Below are positions 56,372 to 64,000 of a stretch of DNA of 64,000 nucleotides, piece after piece. The stretch covers positions 640,001 to 704,000 of the forward strand of contig CBDDIJ010000005.1 of NCBI GenBank assembly GCA_965228855.1, read 5' to 3'. This DNA comes from Candidatus Obscuribacterales bacterium (GTDB lineage Bacteria; Cyanobacteriota; Vampirovibrionia; Obscuribacterales; Obscuribacteraceae). Numbering within the stretch: position 1 is the stretch's first letter; every line of letters begins with the position of its first letter. Position numbers and translations under genes: made by a program. The notes under the pieces were generated by a model. The model did not search any database. It had not been told where the DNA came from and saw nothing but the letters and a program-made list of their open reading frames with translations.

Positions 56372-57582
56372 TATTTGCAGTTCGCCTCCGCCTTGCTATC
56401 AGAGCATAACTCAAGTCCGGCCAAATGCTCCAGCTTGAATACTCCCGAAAAAATCTCAGACGCTGGACCGGTAATACGCACTCGATCGTCCGGCTCTGTG
56501 AACGAAATCTCGAGCGTGCCACCAGGCAGCTGTACCTTGGTCGTGCGCTCGAGGAGATCGGCAAGGACGCCGGCGACTACGACTGCAGCAGCACCGCTCG
56601 CGCAAGCGAGGGTAAAACCGCAACCGCGCTCGTAAACGTAACATCGAACCAGGTCGCGTGATACCACTTGCACGAACTCGACATTAACACCTTGCGGGAA
56701 TGCTGGGTTGTTCTGAACGAACTGGGCGATCGCAACGAGTTCCTGCCGGGAAACACCATCTAATTGATCGGGCTCTCTCAGTCTCTCGTCCGACATGCCG
56801 GGTGACTGCACAGCTCCATCCCAGCCATTCCAGACGGAGTCGTCAAAAATTACTCCATGCGGATTTCCCATCCCGACCGCAATGATAGGAATATTCCCAC
56901 CGGCGATCGCCAGATCCAGTTTTATCAAGCCGGAAGCGGAGGCAGTCGGTTGCCTGACCGGTATCCTATCGGCGTCCAAAATCGGCTGACCCACGTCGAC
57001 GCAAATGCGCTTGTCACTTGAGATTTGGACGGAAACTGCGCCTTTGGCAGTAGCGATTTTGAATTCCTTGTCCTCGACGCCGCCTCTTAAGCGAGCCCAG
57101 AGAGCCAGACAGCGCAACCCATTTCCACACATAACGGCGTTGCTGCCGTCGGAGTTGGTATAGACCCAGCTCAGTTCGCAAGAGTCGACTTGCGGATAGT
57201 CGCCGGTCAATGCTGCGACGGCCTTGCGGTACTCCATTGCAAGGAAGGCAGCACCGCTAGCTTCCGTTGCAGCGCTCGAATTGTGTCGAGCCGGAAATTC
57301 ACCGATTGATTTTTTACCGCGGTTTTTAAACTGCGACTCGAAAGGTTCGGTTTCCGTCGCACCGTAAAGAGGCATGGCAAGTATGATTCCATCGGCACCA
57401 ACACCATGGTGCCTGTCGCAGAGTCGTGGAGCCAGCTCTTGTACGACGGTCTTCCAGTCAGCCAGAAGCGGAGCCAGAGCAGGGTCGAAGACCAGCTCTC
57501 TTGCGTCGATGAGGACGAAGTCATTCCCCAGACCGTGATATTTGGTGAAGGGGAGAAGAGCGCGCAAATGAAACTGCCTCAA
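56371..57582 (-). CDS. dapF: Diaminopimelate epimerase with large insertions
   Basis: FTKYHGLGNDF, GVGADG, NSDGS..MCGNG, GNPH, NVEF, ERGCGFTLAC. Confidence 0.93.
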   Translation of the reverse strand: MRQFHLRALLPFTKYHGLGNDFVLIDARELVFDPALAPLLADWKTVVQELAPRLCDRHHGVGADGIILAMPLYGATETEPFESQFKNRGKKSIGEFPARHNSSAATEASGAAFLAMEYRKAVAALTGDYPQVDSCELSWVYTNSDGSNAVMCGNGLRCLALWARLRGGVEDKEFKIATAKGAVSVQISSDKRICVDVGQPILDADRIPVRQPTASASGLIKLDLAIAGGNIPIIAVGMGNPHGVIFDDSVWNGWDGAVQSPGMSDERLREPDQLDGVSRQELVAIAQFVQNNPAFPQGVNVEFVQVVSRDLVRCYVYERGCGFTLACASGAAAVVVAGVLADLLERTTKVQLPGGTLEISFTEPDDRVRITGPASEIFSGVFKLEHLAGLELCSDSKAEANCK

Positions 57583-57929
57583 AAGGAAACCAAAGAACCT
57601 TGAGATTATAACGTCTTGAGCTTGACATGGTCGGAGAATTGAAAGTCTCTAAGGCGACGGTGCTCCCTTGGACATGCTTTCAATACATCAAAACCCTACC
57701 GAGGAGTGGACTTTTCTCTTGTAAACCGAAGGTTACTGCAAGGGCAATTGCGGCTGTTTTGAAAAAGTCGCATTAAATTTGTTAAATATTCCTCTTGACT
57801 TGTAGGGACGCGCATAAAACCCGGGTATCTATCAATTGCCAGGATATATTCCGGCATTCATACATTCTCCTCCGCAGCGAATAGCTTTCGCTCGGATCAG
57901 GCATATCACGCATTCATCAGGCTGGATAT

Positions 57930-58412
57930 ATGTTCAACTCGAATTCTTCCTATAACACATCGCAACTCGTCAGACAGCAAGTCATTGCACTCAATCAGAG
58001 CTACCCGTGCCCCCGCTGCAACTGCGGAGTACTGGAGACGTATGGATTGACCGAAACACTGAAATGCAATGGCTGTTCGCGCTCCTTCGTTCCTCTGCGC
58101 AACGGTCGCTGCCTGTACCCGTCAAACCGAATGGGTTTCAAAATCGCCCCAACCTTCTGGTGGGATGGTCTTCACTGGCACTGGGCGGGCACAACCGCTA
58201 CGGCAAGCCAGCTAGCTGCGATTGTCTGCATGTTCATGATTCCTCTTATGGCATTGAACGGAGCTTTCCACTACGGGCACATCTGGGCCGAACGACCGGA
58301 ATGGCTCAGCCCAGCACTCCTGTCGGCTGTTGTAGGTCTCGTGACAATACAGGCCATCTACTTCATGTGCTGGGACTTCGACTTCGTATCAAGACGCAGA
58401 GCGGCAAGATAG
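57930..58412 (+). CDS. Zn-ribbon membrane protein (hypothetical)
   Basis: YPCPRC..LTETLKCNGC Cys pairs, WWDGLHW, two TM helices. Confidence 0.8.
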   Translation: MFNSNSSYNTSQLVRQQVIALNQSYPCPRCNCGVLETYGLTETLKCNGCSRSFVPLRNGRCLYPSNRMGFKIAPTFWWDGLHWHWAGTTATASQLAAIVCMFMIPLMALNGAFHYGHIWAERPEWLSPALLSAVVGLVTIQAIYFMCWDFDFVSRRRAAR

Positions 58413-58441
58413 CAGAACAGAAAATACTGAGTACTAACGTT

Positions 58442-58471
58442 AAGGGGAGTTGCAGCACGCAGCTCCCCTTT
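58442..58471 (+). terminator. Hairpin / probable terminator after Zn-ribbon gene
   Basis: AAGGGGAGTTGC-agcac-GCAGCTCCCCTT 12-bp stem with one G-U; only a short T run. Confidence 0.6.
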
Positions 58472-58594
58472 CGGCATGTACGGATGCAAACAAGATATGC
58501 TTTCAACATACCGCCATAGCTGCACTCGACGGGGCGGCGGCGAAACTCGCGACAACTACAGCCTGACTCGTTAGCGCGGACGCCATAGGACAGA

Positions 58595-59566
58595 ATGAAA
58601 GACAGTAACAAACAGGAACTACCGCCGCCGCATATACCTGTCATGCTCAAAGAAAGCATGGACTTGCTCAATCTGACGGAAGGCAAAACATATGTTGATG
58701 CCACGGCCGGTGCGGGTGGACATCTATTAAGCATCGCCCGCGGTGCAGGTCCGAGCAGCACTGTATATGGTATCGATCGCGACGTCGACGCCATCGGCAG
58801 ATTACAAGGGCTAATGCCGGATAACGTAAAACTCATTCATTCGAACTATAGCCGAATGAAAGAAGAACTTGCCGCTTTGAATATACACACCATAGACGGT
58901 GGCATACTGGCAGACCTCGGTGTGTCTTCTATGCAGCTCGACGAACCCCACAGGGGCTTTAGTTTCATGAACGACGGACCACTCGATATGAGAATGGATC
59001 AATCGCGCGGCATGACTGCTGAAGAATTGCTCAATTCTTTGAGCGAGAATGAACTTGCTGACATCATCTTTCGATACGGCGAGGAGCGCTTCGGAAGGCA
59101 AATCGCGCGTGCGATTGTGCGGCAGCGTCCAATAAAAACAACACGGCAATTATCTGATTTAGTCGCCAGTACATTGAGAAAATTTCAGAAACAGAAGGGG
59201 CGCGGAGAAAAAGGTGGTTTCTCCAAACACCCAGCTACGCGTACGTTTCAGGCAATTCGCATCGCTCTTAACGAAGAACTTCAAAGCCTGGAAAAATTTT
59301 TAGAAGACGCCGTATCACTGCTGGCACCCGGCGCTCGGCTGGTGGTGATAACTTTTCATTCGCTTGAAGATCGTCTGGTTAAGCAATTTCTCAGAAGTGA
59401 GTCCACAAGCTGCGTTTGCCCGCCCAGGCAGCCACTTTGCACGTGCAACAAAAAGTCGCAATTACTGATAATTACGCGTAAACCAGTTGTTGCTACCGGT
59501 GAAGAAGTACTTGCCAATGTGCGCTCCCGTAGTGCTAAACTACGGGCAGGAGAAAAGTTGGTTTAG
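58595..59566 (+). CDS. rsmH: 16S rRNA m4C1402 methyltransferase RsmH (MraW)
   Basis: HIPVM, DATAGAGGH, DLGVSSMQLD, HPATRTFQAIRI, FHSLEDR, RSRSAKLR. Confidence 0.96.
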   Translation: MKDSNKQELPPPHIPVMLKESMDLLNLTEGKTYVDATAGAGGHLLSIARGAGPSSTVYGIDRDVDAIGRLQGLMPDNVKLIHSNYSRMKEELAALNIHTIDGGILADLGVSSMQLDEPHRGFSFMNDGPLDMRMDQSRGMTAEELLNSLSENELADIIFRYGEERFGRQIARAIVRQRPIKTTRQLSDLVASTLRKFQKQKGRGEKGGFSKHPATRTFQAIRIALNEELQSLEKFLEDAVSLLAPGARLVVITFHSLEDRLVKQFLRSESTSCVCPPRQPLCTCNKKSQLLIITRKPVVATGEEVLANVRSRSAKLRAGEKLV

Positions 59567-59575
59567 GAAACATAT

Positions 59576-60151
59576 ATGACCGCTAGCCTTCAATCGCCGC
59601 CTCGGCGCAATTCACAGGTAGTCGCTTTTACTAACAATCGAGTTTCACGTGGTACCACCGGCGACTCCATGCCGACGGCACCGGCTTCGATGAATACTCG
59701 GGGTACATGGCCAGTCGCATTCACCGACAATACTGTCCCGGTCGAATCCATCCAACAACCGACACCGGTAGTAAAACCACATCTGGTGCCACTTGAAGCA
59801 CCAAGCACCAAGACCCGCAAACAGCCGTTGCTCGCGAAATTCAACCGCGGCATTCAAGCAGTTCTGGTGGCGATGTGCGGAATAGCTATCTGCACATATG
59901 GACTTGATGTAGTTGTCTCGCATGACGTCGGCAAGCTGCAAGAACAAGCACGCAGAACAAGCGAACAAAATTCCGAACTCTCAGCGCAATTGCTGAAGTC
60001 AATTTCATATGGCGAAATTCAGGAAAGCACAGTCGGTAGATTTGGACTGCGTGTGCCTGAGCAGGTAGTGATCGTAAAAGAACAACAAGCGCCTACAGCT
60101 ATCGCATATAAGATGCATAAGCATCATCTTCCTTTGATGTCAGGATACTAA
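59576..60151 (+). CDS. ftsL: Probable cell division protein FtsL
   Basis: Lies between rsmH and ftsI; single TM then coiled coil (LQEQARRTSEQNSELSAQL) and FGLRVP; long N-terminal tail. Confidence 0.65.
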   Translation: MTASLQSPPRRNSQVVAFTNNRVSRGTTGDSMPTAPASMNTRGTWPVAFTDNTVPVESIQQPTPVVKPHLVPLEAPSTKTRKQPLLAKFNRGIQAVLVAMCGIAICTYGLDVVVSHDVGKLQEQARRTSEQNSELSAQLLKSISYGEIQESTVGRFGLRVPEQVVIVKEQQAPTAIAYKMHKHHLPLMSGY

Positions 60152-60207
60152 TGCCCAATCGGGCAAAAATTTAGTTTAATAACTACTGGTGATCTACTAC
60201 TAGAAAG

Positions 60208-62181
60208 ATGCCGACGCAAGAAGCGACGGGAACACTAGTGGACTATCGGGAGACTCTTTTGCCGGGCCCAGCGGTCGACATCAATTCCTACCGGAAGACT
60301 CCTCGGAAACAGAGAGGACGCCCACGCTCGCCGCAGTGGAGACTGCGTTTCTTCCAAGTGGCTCTATTGCTCGGCGTCTGCGCGATCGTCGCCAGGCTCT
60401 ATTATCTGCAAATTTATCAGGGCGACATGCTGACGAACAAAGCTTTTGTTCAACGGCAGAAAACAAACTTCCTGGTACATCGCGGCGCAATCACCGATAG
60501 GCATGGTTTGCCACTCGCGATTGATACCACCAGATACGATGTGTTCGTGCACACGAAGCTGCTTCCCGAAAAGGTCAGTAAGGAAGAAGCGATCCGTCAG
60601 CTTTCCGAGATAACCGGCAAGTCACAGGAGCGAATCAGCAAGCTGATTCTAGGCAAGCGTCCGATCGTGACCGTCGCCAAAGCGCTGGAGCGTGAAAACA
60701 TCGATAAGCTTCAGAAGCTCAACTGGACCGGTGTAGACATAGTGCCGCGCCCCTTCCGTCATTACCCGGAAGGTTCGATGGCCGCGCATATCCTGGGTTA
60801 CGTGAACAGCGACACAGCCGGACAGGGTGGTATCGAACAGTCACAACAAGAAAATTTGACGAGCACTGGAAAAATTCCAAAACCGCAACTCGACGGACGC
60901 GGCAAAACCATCCTGCTTCCTCATAAAGGACCGACCTGGGATATCACTCCGCCACTCGGTCGTCACTGCGAACTTACAATCGATAATTCCATACAGCACC
61001 TGGCAGAAAAGGAATTGTTCGCGATGGCCGCTCACTCGCAATGCGATCGAGCAACCGCAATCGTGATGGATCCCAATAATGGAGAGATCCTCGCCTGGGC
61101 AATGTATCCTTCGTACGATCCGAATGATTACTCGAAAGTTCCTTACGCCCAGTTGAAAAACTGGGCGATGGTAGACGTGTACCAGCCCGGTTCAACGTTC
61201 AAAATCCTCACTATCTCCGCCGGTCTTGATACAGGCGCAATCAACGAACACTGGAGCATGGGTGACTCAGGAGCGCTCACCATCGGTCGCCGCACGATTC
61301 ACAATAGCCACGGCGGCAACGGACACATCGATCTATTGCATCTGTTTATCCACTCATCGAATATCGGTGCGGCGAAAGTGGCACTACAGATGACACCAAA
61401 GCAATTCTACGATAAGTTGCATGATTTCGGTCTAGGACAGAAAACCGGTATGGACTTACCGGGTGAATCGCGCGGTCTGCTGGTCAAACATGAAAGATGG
61501 AAACAGATCGACCAGGCAACCACCGGCTTTGGACAGGGCATGATTGCCCTTACGCCTTTGCAGCTTGCAGCCGCAGTTGCAGCGGTCGCTAACAATGGAA
61601 CCTGGACGCAACCTCACCTTATAAGAAGAACATACGACCCTCGCACCGGTGTCACGGAGAAGTGGACGGAACCGGAGCGCAGGCAAGTTATCAAACCGGA
61701 AGTAGCTCGATTAGTTTCCAGGCTTCTTGCGGACAACATTACTCAAGGCTCGCAAATTGCAGGTAAATCGGTGCCCGGCTACAGGGTAGCGGGCAAAACA
61801 GGGACAGCGCAAAAAGTTAGAGAGGGCGGTCGAGGCTATATGTCCGGTCAGACAATCGCCTCCTTCATAGGCTACTTGCCTTATGAAGACCCGCAGTTGC
61901 TCTGCATCGTCGCGATCGACAACCCGAAAACGGACGGGCGTTGGGGTAACACGGTAGCCGGACCTGTCTTCAATGCGATTGCACGGGAAGCCGCTCGTTT
62001 GCTTGCAATTCCAGAATCATATAAAACGGAAGTAGTTAAAGGCCGATTCATTGGACCTGATGGAAAACCGGTTCAACTCAGCGAGGCACCATCCACCAAG
62101 TACGCCGCCGAGTTACAGAAAGTGAAAGCTCAGCTTCACGGCTCGAAAGAACCAGATTCTTCGCAAACGGTCCAACACTAA
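60208..62181 (+). CDS. ftsI: Class B penicillin-binding protein FtsI
   Basis: RGAITDR, RHYPEG, SxxK (PGSTFK), SxN (SSNIG), KTGTAQ; follows rsmH-ftsL. Confidence 0.92.
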   Translation: MPTQEATGTLVDYRETLLPGPAVDINSYRKTPRKQRGRPRSPQWRLRFFQVALLLGVCAIVARLYYLQIYQGDMLTNKAFVQRQKTNFLVHRGAITDRHGLPLAIDTTRYDVFVHTKLLPEKVSKEEAIRQLSEITGKSQERISKLILGKRPIVTVAKALERENIDKLQKLNWTGVDIVPRPFRHYPEGSMAAHILGYVNSDTAGQGGIEQSQQENLTSTGKIPKPQLDGRGKTILLPHKGPTWDITPPLGRHCELTIDNSIQHLAEKELFAMAAHSQCDRATAIVMDPNNGEILAWAMYPSYDPNDYSKVPYAQLKNWAMVDVYQPGSTFKILTISAGLDTGAINEHWSMGDSGALTIGRRTIHNSHGGNGHIDLLHLFIHSSNIGAAKVALQMTPKQFYDKLHDFGLGQKTGMDLPGESRGLLVKHERWKQIDQATTGFGQGMIALTPLQLAAAVAAVANNGTWTQPHLIRRTYDPRTGVTEKWTEPERRQVIKPEVARLVSRLLADNITQGSQIAGKSVPGYRVAGKTGTAQKVREGGRGYMSGQTIASFIGYLPYEDPQLLCIVAIDNPKTDGRWGNTVAGPVFNAIAREAARLLAIPESYKTEVVKGRFIGPDGKPVQLSEAPSTKYAAELQKVKAQLHGSKEPDSSQTVQH

Positions 62182-62200
62182 GTGAAAGCGACCCGGAAAA

Positions 62201-64000
62201 ATGGCTAAAGAGCCGCATGTCGACTCTGAATTTAAAGAACCAGATAAAGTGGTTTTGAAGACGTCCGAAGAGGCGTCATCTGCCGGAGCGCAACTATCGG
62301 ATGTGCCGGAGGGAATTTTCGCTGCAGAAACTGAAGCTTCAGAAAATGCCGCTGAAGCGATTTTAGAAGAAACGCAGTCTGACGGCACCCATTTACCTGC
62401 GGTATCGTCAGACGGTACGTCGCCACCTGAGCCTCCCTCGGATCCAGATTCGGAACCTTCCACAGTCGCCGGGGCGAAGCCGAAACGCGAGGGATTAGCG
62501 AAAACTTTCGGTCTAGTCGCGTTTCTCAACGTGATTTCAAAAGTTGTTGGACTCGTTCGCGACATCGTCGTTTTGCAGGTCTTCGGAACCTCACTGGTCA
62601 CAGACGCTTACTTTTATGGATATCAATTCACAGGCAACATTCTCGTTCTGTTCGGCGGTCTGGGCGGACCTTTTCACTCCGCCGGCGTTGCGGTTTTATC
62701 ATCGCAACCTGAGGGCGATGAGAAGCGGAAGCTCGTAGGACAGCTTTTGTTGCTCACATTTGCTGCGGGTTCTCTCATCTCAATCGCTCTGTATTTCGCA
62801 GCACCGTATCTGGTTCCAATCGTTTTCCCGGGCACGGGTCAACCATTAGCTGAACGGCAAAAACTCTGGGACGCCATCGTCGTTCAACTGCACTTCATGG
62901 TTCCCCTCATTCTCATCGCGGGTCTGGTCGGGCTTGGTGCGGGCATTTCTAATTCATATAAAGAGTTCACCTGGCCGTCTCTATCACCTGCGGTAGCCAG
63001 TATCGCGATTGTCGTTGCATGCTTGTTCTTCCCTGACCAAGCCGGTCTCTGCCTGGCGATAGGAACTTTAATCGGTGCGATTGGACAATTATTAGTTCAA
63101 ATTCCAGGCGCGCTACGCGCGAAACCGAAATTCGATTTCAGCTTCAAATGGCGTCCCGGTTTAAAAGAGTATCTCCTCATGATCGGACCCGCGGCAGTTG
63201 GAACGTCAATCGGCCAATTGAACGTCTTCACCGATAGCTTTTTCATCTCGTCTCTGGCGCCAGGAAGTTTAACAGCGTTGCAGAACGCGAACCGTTTATT
63301 ACAGTTGCCTCTGGGCGTGCTGCTAACCGCGATGCTGGTTCCCATCCTTCCGCGTTTCACTGAACAAGTCGTCGCAAACGAAATCGATGATTTAAAAGCA
63401 GAGTACAGAAAGGCGCTTCGCATCCTGTGGTTCACAGTCCTACCGCTGGTAACCATGCTGCTCGCGATTCCAAACCCAATCATCAAGTTGCTTTTTGAAC
63501 GCGGCCACTTCGATGCAAATTCGAGAGCGCTGGTCGTTCTAGGTCTAACTTACCTTGTGCCATCAGCATTCTTTTACGTTGCGCGTGATTTATTGACTCG
63601 CGTCTTCTACGCGCACAAAGACACACAGACTCCATTCAAAGTCGGACTCTGTTCGGTCGCCGTAAAAATGTGCGCCGACTACTTGCTCGTAGGTCCGCTG
63701 GGCATCGGCGGTATTGCGTTATCTACGACGCTCGTCACGATATTCAACATGACGCTCCTCTCTCATCTTTTGAGAAGAAAAATCGGACCACTTGGACTGA
63801 CCAGTTTAATTCGCCCTGCAATCATCATGCTCATAGGCTCCGTCGGCTGCGGATTTACAGCCTATTACGTTCAATCTTTCTTTGAAAACATGATCAAACT
63901 TCCAAGCGGCATCGGTGCATTCGCTAGCCTTGCGGTATCAATAGCGGTGGCAGGCGCAGCGGGTGTCACTGTCTTCGTCGGCGTCTGCCTGGCAGCGAAA
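62201..64000 (+). CDS. murJ: Lipid II flippase MurJ (MviN), partial, with acidic N-terminal extension
   Basis: Not in ORF track (no stop in window). Manual translation from ATG 62201 gives ISKVVGLVRDIV..FG...TDAY..GGLGGPFHSA, ANRLLQLPLG, LFERGHFD, RVFYAHKDTQTP. Confidence 0.93.
   Translation, partial: MAKEPHVDSEFKEPDKVVLKTSEEASSAGAQLSDVPEGIFAAETEASENAAEAILEETQSDGTHLPAVSSDGTSPPEPPSDPDSEPSTVAGAKPKREGLAKTFGLVAFLNVISKVVGLVRDIVVLQVFGTSLVTDAYFYGYQFTGNILVLFGGLGGPFHSAGVAVLSSQPEGDEKRKLVGQLLLLTFAAGSLISIALYFAAPYLVPIVFPGTGQPLAERQKLWDAIVVQLHFMVPLILIAGLVGLGAGISNSYKEFTWPSLSPAVASIAIVVACLFFPDQAGLCLAIGTLIGAIGQLLVQIPGALRAKPKFDFSFKWRPGLKEYLLMIGPAAVGTSIGQLNVFTDSFFISSLAPGSLTALQNANRLLQLPLGVLLTAMLVPILPRFTEQVVANEIDDLKAEYRKALRILWFTVLPLVTMLLAIPNPIIKLLFERGHFDANSRALVVLGLTYLVPSAFFYVARDLLTRVFYAHKDTQTPFKVGLCSVAVKMCADYLLVGPLGIGGIALSTTLVTIFNMTLLSHLLRRKIGPLGLTSLIRPAIIMLIGSVGCGFTAYYVQSFFENMIKLPSGIGAFASLAVSIAVAGAAGVTVFVGVCLAAK

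Noticed and set aside
57759..57787. Sigma70-like promoter TTGAAA-N17-TTAAAT
   Set aside because: Plausible but too degenerate in an AT-rich spacer to call without TSS data.
1..64000. CRISPR array, tRNA/rRNA, transposase, integrase or DGR
   Set aside because: None seen by eye; similarity among giant genes is paralogy with synonymous divergence, and no reverse transcriptase is present.

Overview
Gene-dense bacterial chromosome window; no rRNA, tRNA, CRISPR array or mobile element was recognised. Cyanobacteria-like MurJ, Ugd and Zn-ribbon proteins, with no photosynthesis genes here, suggest a non-photosynthetic Cyanobacteriota relative (Melainabacteria/Obscuribacterales-like; inference). Left 14 kb is accessory: LRR, VOC, superinfection-immunity-like membrane protein, EF-hand, vWA, MFS, a 752-aa orphan and a Tat-exported PaoABC-type aldehyde oxidoreductase. 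The middle 35.7 kb (14048-49788, minus strand) is a tandem array of three paralogous ~3900-4100-aa secreted beta-helix-like proteins. They share a signal peptide, a short helical N-motif, an Asp-Pro motif near each end of the repeat region and a conserved ~210-aa C-terminal domain ending TVALxW. No TpsB, autotransporter barrel or RTX signal is visible, so this array is the best candidate for an undescribed surface-protein/secretion system. Right 14 kb: stand-alone Clp-N protein, uxs-ugd, two MazG-fold genes, dapF-ftsQ, and a rearranged dcw segment (Zn-ribbon, rsmH, ftsL, ftsI, murJ). All calls are by-eye motif recognition; no searches were run.
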